From Rhizodiscina lignyota (taxonomy: Eukaryota), in contig ML978134.1 in NCBI GenBank assembly GCA_010015805.1, positions 310,001 through 374,000 of the forward strand: a stretch of 64,000 nucleotides of DNA, given 5' to 3'. The notes under the pieces were generated by a model, which saw only the letters and a list, made by a program, of their open reading frames with translations, had not been told where the DNA came from and did not search any database. A program made the position numbers and the translations under genes. Positions 23,983 to 37,344 of this stretch are shown here, piece after piece (the first letter of the stretch is position 1; every line of letters starts with the position of its first letter).

Positions 23983-26715
23983 CTGGGCATATTCATCGCA
24001 TTATTTGGGCAGGAAACGATCGCTTCAGAGATGAATTTCTGGGCGGTGTGGAGCTGTTAAGAAGTGGCTACCACCACAAATACCCGAATCGGCAATGATG
24101 ATGTTATGCTAGTTGACTCAGGCCATTAAAGATCTGATAGACTCGTGCTCGACGCGATTTCTCTTATGCATCTCAGGTTGAGGCGGTCTCCCTTTGCGGT
24201 TTAGCGTGCTCTTCTTACATTATGTAATCCTTCCATAACTTGAACCTCATCTCTATCAACTGTATCTCCTCCCCTACCACCTTCCATCATCTCGTTGCAT
24301 CATTCGCGCTGACCTTGTCCTTGCAGTTCCTGCCTTGGTGAAAGGCGGTCTACTTCGCCGTTTCACTGCCTCTCTAGTCTCATCTAGTTGCACAACGCTC
24401 TCTGTGCCTCACTGATGATGCCAGCATCTGATGCCTCTCATCACTCGAATTCTCTGCTTCTCTGAGAACGCTCCGCTACACGACCGACTCGAAGCAGTAC
24501 GCATGTCCCTGCTTTTCTCTCTGGCCCTACCGTATCCTTGAGCTCTCATTCTCAACGGCGCGTGATGTCGATCCTCGCCTCTCCGCCTCTGATGCTTTTT
24601 CGACTTCGAGGCGGAACCAGGTCTAAATGGCATCGACCGCTGTGGCTGCCCTGAGGGGACGGAGGTGGCGCGCGTTGCCCGCCCTATCCCCTACGAGCCA
24701 TGGATCGACTAGATGCCGCCTCCGGTAGTGTCAAGCGACACGACTACCAATACTATCCGTACGCACTTAGCTGCTGGAGCGTTCGAATTCTCATGCGGTA
24801 TTTACTCCTGTGGCACGGCTGAAACTAGGCACTTGTCCCACTAGCTCCATGCACCGGCTAGGTTCGAGGACCATCCCACATCTTTGGCCCAAGACTTTGC
24901 CGCATTGCGTTCTCTCGCGAAATTAGTGGCGAAAGACTGTGCCTAGATAGCGTCGGTCGTACGATGTCGCCTCCTGATTCACGATAACGAGTTTCGTTTC
25001 CGCGATTCGGTCCTTTGTGCTGCGCTATGTGTGATCGGAAACCCTTCACCTTTCGCCATTCCATTGGCAGCGAGACGCTCTTCGAATCCTCCCGCCCTTG
25101 CTCAGAGCTGCTCGGCGTCAAGGACGCCATGGTTCTAATTCATGAAACCACCGCGGCATATCGATGCTGTCAAAAATGTCTCAAGGCGGCCACTACCCCT
25201 CTCAGAGTTGAAGTTGTGCGAAGGCGTTGATTGATGCAGTTGCCAACTGGCAGACTGTGTCGTACTTAACTGAATCGATTCTAAGAAATGACACTACAAT
25301 GCAGCAGGTCAGAAGTCCAAGGATACACGATTTGAACGAATGTATCGGTTCAGTCAAGTTCGGGCTTCAGTCGGTCATAACTACACTTGGATATCCCGCC
25401 TGCTCGTTTCTCACAATCTGGATTCTGGAAGGTAGCTTTGGAGGTAAACCGCTGCCACTCGCGGTTTAGACTTCTCAACAATACGCCATTTGACTAGATA
25501 TGGCGTTTTCGATGAAAGGCCCCACGTATTTTAGAGTTAACTACTGACATACCAGTGCGCCACATAGACCAGGAACGTCCAGATATCGTCGACTCAAACG
25601 ATCAAGAGGGTAGAGAAATTGCCCCAGAGAACCGAGAACCGGCAATCAAGAGCCACCTCTCGTTTGAGCACGTCACCTTGTACACCGTCCGGAGGAGTAC
25701 GGCATTTGCAACTGCAACCCCATTGAAGACGCTTGAGGATTAACAATAATGATTGGACGTCAAGGGGACAAAACCGGATAGAGTAGCCGTAAAAACTCCA
25801 GGCTGTCCATCGGCGTCAGCCAGTGCGTGTGTAGTCGGCTCGACTGTAACTGACGCGACTCAGGAAAACATCTAGATCATTATAAGCGCCCCTCGCAACC
25901 TGGAAGGGTCGCTTGCACCATATACCCCCATTCATAAGACTTGGACATTCATGAATCATGGCCGACGAATAGGGGATGACAAGAACAATACGGCTTACAT
26001 AATTCAATCAGGATGGAAGTGTCCATTTCGCGCATAAACTGGTATAGTCGCTATCGCTCCACTGCGATACTCGTTACATTACGATCTAAGTGGTAGATTT
26101 TGGTTTTTATTATGGAGAATAACGGTAATCTTGGTTCTCCTAATGTCAGTTGGTTTCTACTTCGTCGCATCTATGTATTGTACTGTTTAGGTCATTTTTC
26201 GTATCTTAAAGGGATTTGAATGGTTGTCACTTACCCTAATCCCGTAAACTCACCTTAGGCTTGGCAGATTAGTCAGGATTGGCCTTAACGACCATCGTTA
26301 CATAACGATTCAAAGCCCCGATCTGCGCCTGTTGTTATATCCGGGTTTCACTGTATTCCTAGATACTTGTAATGATTTTCCCTGATAATTCTTGTCCACT
26401 ACTCGCTACCGTTTAATTTCATTGTAAACGTTCATGGGTTGAGATTGTGCGAATTGCTCTGCAAAATGGCGTGCGATTCACTAGTGGTGCACCATAAACG
26501 AGACCCACAGCGAAGCATAGAGACAAATCTTTTCCCTTGCATGTTTGGCGATGTCGCAATGATCAACGGACATTGTTTGATGTTTCTAGATAACCGAGCA
26601 GGTCTTCGTGGCTGTCAAGTTACAAGTATGTCGTTCCAATCGCATATATTTCAAGGCATCATGACCCAGTTGTGCTTCTTGATTCAGACGATTCTTCCCA
26701 CTCAGTCAAGTTACC

Positions 26716-28958
26716 ATGTCTCACGTAGTATCTGTCAATGCTGGTGCTGCCAGCTCTCCTCCATCTTCCGGTGTCCTTCTGTCATCGCTTGACGACGACG
26801 CGAAGAAGGCCGATGTCACTACCCAGGCCATTCCAGTTGGCCAGGAGTTGGGTGATCCGAATCTAGTGAAGCCCTTCTGGTGGCAGCGAAGAGGCCGCAG
26901 CTTTGACTTGGACGCTATTGCTACGCAGCTTTCGGTCTTTGACGATCCTGAAACTGCTAAGCATTATCAACCTCGAGCAGACTGGGAAAATCTTCATCGA
27001 TTCGACCCATCTGCAAGGTGGACTTGGCGGGAAGAGTTTAAACTGATTCGAAAAATTGATTATCGGATCATGATTTTCGCTTGTGTAATGGTTCAGTGCT
27101 TGGAATTGGACAGAGCAAATATCGGTGAGCCTGATTGTCCAGACTTGACTTGCTTTTGGCTGACCATCACAAAGGGCAAGCCGTTTCAGACAATCTTCTG
27201 GGAGATCTGAACATGACAACAGGCGGCGAGTCTTCCGGCTGGCGCATCTTTCAACACCGCTCTAACAAGAAATACAGATTATAACCTTGGCAACACTGTC
27301 TTCTATCTCTCTTTTCTCTGTGCGGAGCTTCCATCACAGTTGGTTTCGAAGTGGATTGGGCCCGACCGATGGATCCCTACCCAAATGACACTTTGGTCAA
27401 TCGTTGCCAGTAGCCAGTTCTGGTTGTCAGGTCGCAACAGCTTCCTCGCCACCAGAGCAATTCTCGGGATTCTGCAAGGTGGATTCATCCCTGATGTATG
27501 TCTTCCGGCGCATTGATATGCTCGCTTACTCACTGCTCGACAAGATCATTTTATACTTGTCGTACTTTTACAAACACGGAGAAGTATGAGAACACTCCCA
27601 TGTCTTGTGAATGAAGCTCACATGTCGCTAGCTCACGCTTCGACTGGGTATCTGGTGGACTCTCATGGAAGTGGCTGATATCATTGCCAGCTTCCTTGGC
27701 GCAGGCCTCTTGCACCTCCGAGGAGCTGAAGGAAGAGCAGGCTGGAGATGGCTGTTTTTAATCGAGGTATGTTGTTTCATGTCATTGCCCCCATGTGCGC
27801 ATACTCATCATTTCAGGGCATGATAACGCTCTTGATTGGCATTGCTGCCTTTGCAATGATGCCGCCGAGCCCAACTCAGACAGCGAATTGGATCCGAGGC
27901 AAAAAGGGTTGGTTCACAGAACGGTATGATGTCTGAGGCCGCCTCAGCTGATTGATGCTAACAAGATGGACAGCGAGGAAACAATAATGGTCAACCGAAG
28001 CATACGAGAAGACCCAAGCAAAGGCACAATGCATAACAGGCAACCCATCACTCCAAAGTTGCTATGGACCAGCTTAAAGGACTACGATTTATGGCCGATG
28101 TATGCCATTGGCTTGACATTCTTCATCCCGTACAGTGAGTCCTCCATTCACAACGATGCCGCAGTGCTTCGTTATGTGTTTGAACGACTTCTGACTGCGA
28201 AACCAGCTCCGACATACTATTACATGACCCTTGAATTGAAGAGTTTAGGCTTTGGCACTATCAAGACCAATCTCTTAGTTGTAAGCTCACCATCTTCGAA
28301 ACGGGAACACAGTAGGCCAAAAAGAAGGGACCTGCTAACTATATGCTGACAGATTCCGTCCACGTTCCTTAACATGTGCAACATGATGGCAATAACGTAC
28401 ATTGCCGAGATCACGCAGCAATTCTCCTTCTGTGGCCTCTTTGGCCAAATTTGGGGGATCCCCTTCCTCATCTACCTCTACGTCGTCGACATCCATACTA
28501 TCAACCCTTGGGTGGGCTGGCTGATTGTCACTCTCCTGATGTCGTATCCAAGTAACCACGCCGTGCAAGTGGGGTGGTGCTCGAGGAACTCGAACTCTGT
28601 GCGCACCAGAACCGTCAGTGCGGCCGCGTACAACATGTTTTGTCAAGCGGGAAGCATTATAAGTGCTCAGATATACCGACCGGGTGAGTTTCCTGTCCCG
28701 CACGATTCCCGCGCTGCAAGAGTGCGCTGACGCGTTCGAACAGATGATGCGCCTCGATACCGCCGCGGCAACCGCAATCTCATCATCATCACGATCATGA
28801 ACTCCGTCATCTACCTTTCCACCAAGGCGTACTACGTCCTGCGCAATCGCAGCCGCGATAAGAAATGGAATGCAATGACTGTTGCGGAAAGACGGCATTA
28901 TCTCGAAACAACAACAGACCAAGGGAACAAGAGACTGGATTTCCGATTTGGCAGCTGA
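26716..28958 (+). CDS. MFS transporter, Dal5/anion:cation symporter family (Soa1/AstA-like, candidate sulfonate/sulfate permease)
   Basis: About 9 introns. [20 protein letters not shown]...[67 protein letters not shown], ending [11 protein letters not shown]. Confidence 0.9.
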
Positions 28959-29653
28959 TCGATCAGTCGACGCTGCAGACTGGGAGATGATGTTGCAGGA
29001 GACCTCTTATCAGAAAAGAGGAGCATGGCCGGGTGAGAGCGAGCCGGAGATGGTGTTGGTAAGGCAAGAATTGAGCTTGATGTGGCTTATAGATATCTGT
29101 TCGATCGTATAGACTAACATATAGAAACATTCAGATTTGTTGAAGAACCTTGAGTTTAACAGGCTTGCCCTAAGAAATGGCGTGAGGAGAGGCTTTCACA
29201 GAATTGCGTAACGTCCATTTCGGCTGCAAATTTACCAGCAACCTGCGTTGGGGTGTAATATCGTGAATTTTGAAGAGGGAAATCTCTGCGTTAAATACTG
29301 TGTCCTTCTATGCTGTGAAGGCGCAGTTGTATACATCACCCATTTGCATGATGACCAGATTTCCTACAATCAGGCATCGCTAGTGTAAGACAGCACGCTC
29401 GACGTTCAATTATCTATATAACTGCTCCTCCTCGCTGATAGAACGAAGAAACATAGATTACAAACACCCTAAAGAGGCCCTAGTCGACAGCCCAGGTTTT
29501 CTTACCAGCAACGACCGTCTCCCGCCAATGGAGATCAATGACGATGATAACGCCGTTAACTTGATGCCAACAATATCTCACTTGTTGCCCTTCTAATGCA
29601 TAGCACATGGGATCCCCCGCCTCAGCAGCGCCAATGACATTTCAGCCCTCACT

Positions 29654-31609
29654 CTAACCGCTGAACTCCGGGATATCGGACGTCTTGCCGTTCAGGGCCA
29701 AGGGCACGATGCCCGAGACGTGCATCTCCGGGCCGTAGACGTGCATGTTCAGCTCAAGCTCTTGGCCGACGGCCTTGATGTTCTTGAGACCCTCTTGGTA
29801 GTTGGGGCCTGCACGGCGCACCCAGATCTGAACCTTGTGCTCGTTGAGGAGGGGTGCGACCTCACGGAGGGCGCGAATGACACCCTTGAAGGTGGATGCG
29901 ACCTGTACATGTCAGTATTGGGATTTGTGACAAAAGTGCGGAGTACTTACGTTGGTGAAGTTGGCAATACCACCACCAATGAAGAGGACCTTGCCCTCGG
30001 GGTGTTGGGGCGCGCGAAGCATAAGATCCAAAACGGTCTTGGCGTAGTGGAATGTTTGCGTCTCAGTGGGCGCACCAGAGTACTCGCCGTAGTTGGCAAG
30101 CTCGCCGGCAAAGCCTGCGGAGGCGATGGCGTCGGCGTAGACGACGGACGCACCACCACCGGCGACGAGGGTCCATACGCGGCCAGTGGAGTTGAGGATA
30201 GTCAGCTTGAGGGAAGCACCAGTCTTAGCGTCCATCTCAGCAATGTAGGCTTCCTCCTTGCTCATCTCACGGCCAAAGGGAGCCGGGAATTCCATTGGTG
30301 GGCCGGCATCGATGCTGACCTTTGTGTCCTTGGAAGTGATGACGGGAAGACCGAGAGCGGTAGCGCTGCGGGCAATGGCCCACTTGACACCGCACTCGAA
30401 CTCGGCAGTCTGGTCGAGCTTCGCAGCCAAGTCCAGGAAGTGCACCTCAGCGGAAGTAGCATCCTTGTTTGGGATAACGACGAGAGGGTTGATTTCGAGG
30501 TAGCTGTGGAATGATTAGAATAAAGAGGCAGAGCGACGAGGATGTACTCACGTGAACTGGCTGTCAACATAGACGGCATACAGTCTCGAGATGAAGTCAA
30601 CCAACACATTGTGCACACCCTTGGGAACCTTCTTCAGGAGTGTGGCGGCAATCTCTGCGTTCGAAGGATATTCCGTGAGATCGACAGGAATCAGAAGCTT
30701 CTCAGCTTTTGCGTCGACATCGCCGACATCTACACCTCCCTCGTGTGTGAAGAGAATCCAGTCACCCTAGGGAGAAGGCAAGATTAGCGCGGGAGCTTGG
30801 CAAACGTTAACGACGAGAGAGATGCCTAAAATCTGGCAGAAGCAAAACCGCATCAACGGAAATAACGGCCCGTCCCGCTGCTGAGGATCAATGCAAGGTA
30901 CAAACGATAGCATATTGGGCGAAAGTAAGATGCAGTAAGGCTGTCGTTAGGCGTGGCCCTATCGCTTCCATTCGCCCGCGCCCGAAGTGCCGTATATGCG
31001 AGCAATGAAAAGCGTCTGCATCCCACCAACCACCAATACGCAATCATTTTCCTCTGCTTTTCAAACAAACTGAAAATGAGCTTGCAAATTGCAAAACGCT
31101 CACTTTCCAATTTTCTTTTCTGCCCTGGCCCTCTCTTGAACTTCTGAAGAAATTGAAAATCGACTCACCTCTCGCACAGAGTTGATGTTGATGTAGTATT
31201 CAGTGCCTTGCGGATGAGGGACGAATGGCTCGACGAGGAAGTTCCTGAGATAGCCATCGACCGTCTCGACCCTTTGGAGCTTGCCAGCCCTCTCTGCGAT
31301 CCATTGCCTAGCCTCTGCCCACGTCTTGTTCAGCGCCAGCAGACCGCTCTTGCCTCGCCTCTTGATCAATTGATCGGGCTTCGCGACGAACTTGGCACCA
31401 GGAGCGTGCAGCCACGGGTACTTGGCCTCGGCCTCATCGAGCACACCCTTGATGTCTGCGTCCTCGGGGAAGTATATCGAGGCGAGCTTGGGCGATGGGT
31501 TGTGGGTGGCGGTGGGAGGAAGAGGTGTAGGCTTGATGACGGGAGCTCGTGTGAGGTGATAGTTGAGGATGGCCTTGCCGTCGGCCTCGAGGATAGACTT
31601 GGCGGACAT
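29654..31609 (-). CDS. acl2: ATP-citrate lyase, ATP-grasp subunit (Acl2/AclB)
   Basis: [74 protein letters not shown]. Three introns, the first 402 nt (30767-31168). Confidence 0.97.
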
Positions 31610-32909
31610 TGTGAGAGTTGGAGAAGATCAAGAGGCGTGTTCTATGGGTAAGAAGGTGAGTACTTGCTCCAAGGAAAGGTCTCAGCAAAACAAGTACAAG
31701 AAGGTGGAGGCGGATTGAAGACGGCGACGATAGGGTCGGAGGAAAGTGAAAGCTGAAAGGTAGGACAAGAGGGAGTATTGCTGTAGGTGGTGGTGAGAGT
31801 TGTGGCTACGGAAATTTGGGGAAAAGAATTTGTGGAATTTTGCGAGCTCCGAAAGCTAACACCGCAGACGGACCCCGGGGATGCCCAAAAAAGTTGAGCT
31901 GGCATGATTTTATTGAGGCGTACCTTTATCTGCGGCTGGTTGAGCTCTCCAAGAATAGTAGTCCGCAGCGATTGCGCGAGCTAGGGGAAGTCGATGGTTG
32001 TGCAGCGGAGGAGGATCGGGCTGGAGCTGGGCGACGTTCAGCAAGAGAGATTAATTGCAGGACTCAGGAGCAGATTTGCAGTGAGAGGGGAGGCGATCTT
32101 TGCGTGTTTGACGGCGCTGCGACGATGCCACTTGATACAGCAGCTGCTTGTTGGCGACTCACCCCTATTCCGGTGAGTTCAATGTGCTGCAGAGTCTTGG
32201 GAGATCTGCCACGGCGGCAGGGGGGTTCACTAGAGTCGCTTAGCCCAGCGGAGCCGTTGGGGCTTCAGTACGACGTTTTCTACGGACTCCTCAGCACGCG
32301 CGCGCCGCATCGGACAACATACCGGCTTGGTCGAGTGCGCGGAAACTGTCAAGCTTGAGCGACGCTCCCGCGCCTCGCATTGCTGGCGAGCACGAATTGT
32401 GACGGATTGTGCGTGGGTATTTGGCAGCACGGCGGTCACGGTTCCCCAAGAATTCGCCGGAGCGAAAGGGCTCTACGGCGCGGTATTGCGCATAAGCCAC
32501 ATCCGACGCTAGTGTGGAGGGCGGCAGGGTCCTGCGCCCCGGACATCTCAACATCTGCATTTTGTACGGCCTGCTAGCTGAGCTCTCTCCTCTCTCCGAC
32601 ACGCGCCACGGCAATCCAAAACTTCCTCCCTGCCTCGTGCTCTTTCTCACCACTCGACTTTCCTCGACCTCTTCTCCTTCACCTCCCTCTCTACGCGCTG
32701 CAATACCACTTTGTAATTGTAAGTCTCGCTCCATCTCAGGAGAATAAAGCTGTCCTCAACCAACATCTACACCCCCTCGCCTACTCTCCAATCGCCCTCA
32801 CTCTCCCGGCTTCAAAAAAGTATGAAATGCTGATCGCCGACCATTGAAAACCAGACATTACACACCTCCCTCGAACTTTCTCCCACCTAAAACCCTCACA
32901 CCTCCAGCC
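31610..32909. promoter_or_regulatory. Bidirectional promoter region of acl2/acl1; probable 5'UTR intron of acl1 (~32719-32854)
   Basis: 1.3 kb between divergent ATGs with CT-rich tracts at both ends. gtaagt at 32719 and gctgat...ccag ending at 32854 lie upstream of the acl1 ATG. Confidence 0.7.
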
Positions 32910-35211
32910 ATGCCTGGCGTCGTTCAGAACGGTACCAATGGTACCGCGGCCGCCGCCAACGGTTCTAACGGCCATCAACGTGGCAACAGCCTGTCTGCGA
33001 ACGACAACATCCGTCGATTCCAGGCCCCGAGCAGGCCAATGAGCCCTCCTGCAGACCACACTCTCTTCCACAACAAGACGCGATGCTTCGTATAGTAAGG
33101 TTGCCCCTTTTCGCTAGCTGGGCGCATCCTCTATCAGGACAAAGATATACGTCAAACGTTGCATATGAGCTTTTCTAACGGTGTGTGAACAGTGGTCTGC
33201 AACCGCGTGCCGTCCAAGGCATGCTCGACTTCGACTTTATTTGCAAGCGCAAGACCCCATCAGTTGCGGGCATCATTTACACTTTCGGTGGTCAATTCGT
33301 TAGCAAGATGTATGTTTGCGAATTCGTGCAAGACGCGCATCAAGTATGCAGGAAAGATTTATTGACCGCTTTACGACAGGTACTGGGGCACCAGCGAGAC
33401 CCTGCTCCCAGTCTACCAGGACGTGGAGAAGGCCATGGCCAAGCACAGCGATGTGGACACAGTCGTAAACTTCGCTTCATCACGAAGCGTTTACCAATCG
33501 ACTATGGAGCTTATGGAGTACCCTCAGATCAGGTCTATTGCCATTATTGCTGAGGGTGTCCCAGAGAGGGTATGATGTCACGCGACCAGAAATTTGGAAA
33601 ATTAGCTAACTAAGGGGCACAGCGCGCTCGTGAGATCCTCCACGTTGCGAAGAAGAAGGGCATCACCATCATTGGCCCTGCCACCGTCGGTGGTATCAAG
33701 CCTGGTGCCTACAAGATTGGTAACACTGGTGGTATGATGGACAACATTGTTGCATCCAAGCTCTACCGCCCCGGCTCTGTTGCATACGTTTCCAAATCTG
33801 GTGGTATGTCCAACGAGTTGAACAACATCGTCGCTCAGATGACAGACGGTGTCTACGAGGGTGTCGCCATTGGTGGTGATCGCTACCCTGGTACCACATT
33901 CATTGACCACATGCTCCGATTCCAGGCCGACCCCAACTGCAAGATCCTTCTCATGCTCGGAGAGGTCGGTGGTGTTGAGGAGTACCGTGTCATTGAGGCT
34001 GTCAAGAATGGCACCATCACCAAGCCAATTGTTGCATGGGCCATCGGTACCGTCGCTAGTCTGCTCAAGACCGAGGTCCAGTTCGGTCACGCTGGTTCCT
34101 TCGCCAACTCTCAGCTCGAGACGGCGGCAATGAAGAACAAGTCTATGAAAGAGGCTGGTATCTTCGTCCCAGACACATTCGAGGACATGCCCCAGGTCCT
34201 CGGCTCCGTCTACCAGAAGCTCGTCAAGGACGGCACCATTAAGAGGGCCCCAGAGCCCGCTGTCCCTAAGATTCCTCTCGACTACTCCTGGGCCCAGGAG
34301 CTCGGCCTCATCCGTAAGCCGGCTGCCTTCATCTCCACCATCTCTGACGACCGTGGCCAAGAGCTGCTGTACGCCGGCATGCCCATTTCAGATGTGTTCA
34401 AGGAGAACATTGGCATCGGTGGTGTCATGTCGCTGCTGTGGTTCCGCCGCCGTCTGCCCGAGCATGCCAGCCGCTTCCTTGAGATGGTGCTCATGTTGAC
34501 TGCCGATCACGGTCCAGCTGTGTCTGGTGCCATGAACACCATCATCACTACCCGTGCGGGCAAGGACTTGATCTCCTCGCTCGTCGCTGGTCTCCTCACC
34601 ATCGGTTCCCGTTTCGGTGGTGCACTTGATGGCGCCGCCGAGGAGTTCACAAAGGCATATGACAAGGGTCTCAGCCCGCGTGACTTCGTCGACACTATGA
34701 GGAAGGAGAACAAGCTGAGTATGTATTTCTGATTGGGCTTTTGACGTGTTAGGAGTGATACGCTAACTATTTCATTTCTGTAGTCCCTGGTATTGGCCAC
34801 CGTATCAAGTCCCGCAACAACCCCGATCTCCGTGTCGAGCTCGTTAAGGACTACGTCAAGAAGAACTTTGCCTCCACGAAGCTCCTCGATTACGCCCTTG
34901 CTGTCGAGAGCGTCACAACCTCGAAGAAGGACAACCTCATCCTCAACGTCGATGGCTGTATCGCTGTGTGCTTCGTTGACCTGATGCGCAATTGCGGTGC
35001 ATTCTCCGCCGAGGAGGCTGAGGACTACCTCAAGATGGGTGTGCTAAACGGTCTGTTCGTGCTGGGCAGGAGCATTGGTCTTATTGCGCATTTCTTGGAT
35101 CAGAAGAGACTCAGGACTGGTCTATACCGTCACCCATGGGATGACATTACCTACTTGCTGCCAACCCTCAACGCTGGCGGCAGTGAGGGCCGTGTCGAGG
35201 TCTCGGTATAA
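32910..35211 (+). CDS. acl1: ATP-citrate lyase, CoA-binding/citrate-synthase-like subunit (Acl1/AclA)
   Basis: [49 protein letters not shown] (phospho-His), [26 protein letters not shown]. Four coding introns. Confidence 0.97.
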
Positions 35212-37344
35212 GTGCAGGAGAAGTAGAAGCTGCAGAAGAAGCTGCAGAAGATATTACCCACACACGCGTTTGGAGTGAGGCGAGGGGAGTAAACTCTCTT
35301 TCAAACGATGTCTAAGTTAGAAGGCCCCTTGGTAATCTGATCACCGGTGCAAGGAAAGGAACGGTGCATTTCATAGATGCGAATTCATACCAATTGTAGA
35401 AATACGGATGGAGGCGATGTAGCTTAGGTTTATTTAATTGAACTGCTGTTTGACTGTTAATTTTTTTTGGAATGTTCCATCGCTGCGTGAATTCACTGAG
35501 TGGGCTGTACGTCTGGATTCCACTGCAGCTGTACGGCACAGCACATCACTTTTGTCCTTAAAGACGACCTCCGACCTCTTGAATCCGACTTTTCACATCG
35601 ACATGCTATGCAGTTCTTGGGGATGCTCTGAAAGTATTTTCTTTCGCTCTTGATTTGCTCCTTTTTGAACTGGGAGCTAATACGACTGTTTCGAGCAGCA
35701 ACGTATACCTATTCACTGTCAAACTTACAGCTCTGGAACGAGAGCTTGTTATATACGATATCCGCCACCGTTTCATTGAACAATAGTTCGAGTCCGAACA
35801 GTTAGAGTTTCCAACTGTGGCGCGAGAGACTTGAGCGGCTCCCACAGGCTCTCGAACGAAGCCTCCAGTTGCCGTAGCCACACACAACCCTACCTACCCT
35901 CGCTTTAGAGAACCGTCGATATCCTGCCCTCCGCGAAAGCATCACCCGAATAAGTGTCGAACATCAGCCTTGAAGACTGAAGCAGGTCACAGCTGATGAG
36001 CTGAAGAAGTACTGCTCTCACATCACAAATTGGCGGCATCACAAACAACGACTAGGTATTCAAATTCGGAGGCTGGGAACGAGCGCCATTCCACAGGCCC
36101 AATCACGGCCAGGCGTAACCTTATCGTTATCGATTGTGGATAGCCAACCTCACCTGCAGCGCTCGGCTCTGCACCTCTCTGCAAGGGCTCGCTCGTGATC
36201 GCCAGACTTCCCACACAAACCGCGGGCGGCTGTCCGCGCGCGCAAATGTATTGATTCCAATTGTCCTGGGCCGGCGTGCGTCATTCTCTCACGCAATGTG
36301 TGGAACCGCGGCGAAGGAAGCTTGGGGGTGTGTGGGAAACAAGCTGTTTTCGTCATCCGAGTCTCAGTTGTAAGCTCACCAGCAGATCCTCCACGGCGCA
36401 ACGTACGGCTGGGACAGCCAGCATTCGTCTTGTTCGGCAGCGCAGCAGCAGAGCTATTCTTGCGCCGAGGGGGCAGGGAAGCTTATCCTCTCGCGAAAGC
36501 AAATCGCTACAAATCGACCTGGGAATCAGCACCGCATTTGCTCATGGTGCATCGCGGATGGCCGCTCTGGGGAAAGTTCCCTCGCGGCCCAGCATCGAGG
36601 GAATCCTGGAGCTTCCGCGCGTGCGTGCCATGGTAGCGGGGTAGCTTCGAGTCGTATCCAGAGCTCCCTCTCGCTGCCTTCTGCATGGCTCACATCTCCG
36701 AGCGGAATTCGAGCGGCTGGCTAGGTACCAGATGCGAGCGTATCCTGACAGACAAATTGATAACCCATCCATTCAGCAGCGGTCCCGGCCACTCCGCCAG
36801 CACAGCGTACGGGGAGTAAGCTGCCTTAGGCTCGCCTTGTGGCCTGCATGATGCCATTCGCACACCAACGTGGTAGGTGGGGGTGGGATGAGGAATGGAT
36901 GGATGTGAGCGGGCAATGCGTCTGAGCTCACTTGCTCGCCCAGGGCAGGTCCCCCATCTGCCCGCTCGCTGCACCTTGTCGACAAGCTGCAGATGCCGTG
37001 CTTCCTCTTGCTTTTGAGCCACGCCCCAGCGCAGGAAAGGCGCTACTGTATCTTTGTAAGACCGTACTCGCCCGGCTATGAGTAAGTTTGCTTAAAAGCT
37101 GCCGAGCTGCCTGGCTTTCGTGGAGTTGTAAGTGGTCTTGTGCGCCTCTTTTTTTCCCTTTCCACTCCTCCGCCTCGCGCTCGCTCTACACTGCCGTTGA
37201 TGGTTCGCGATTCTGTGCTGGCTCACTGAGAATACTACGAGCTGGCTCTCCGCGATTGGATCGCTGGATCAATTTTGTTAGCAATTGGAGGGCGCCTGAC
37301 GAGCCTTCTGTCGTCTCTAAGCTCATAGAGCCGCGTTCGCTGAA

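Noticed and set aside
24095..24465. Possible C/D-box snoRNAs (TGATGA...CTGA near 24095-24137 and 24412-24465)
   Set aside because: Too short, no terminal stems, and no convincing uninterrupted rRNA-complementary guide could be confirmed by eye.
29720..34360. Long antisense ORFs over acl2 and acl1 (29720-30514, 33602-34360)
   Set aside because: Shadow ORFs expected from strong codon bias in highly expressed genes; no recognisable domains.
35881..35900. AACCCTA as a telomerase RNA template
   Set aside because: Only a 7-nt match, shorter than the roughly 1.5 repeats expected, with no supporting structure identified.
36568..36605. GGGGAAAGTTCCC resembling the RNase MRP P4 5' strand
   Set aside because: No matching 3' P4 consensus found, and the segment pairs locally instead.
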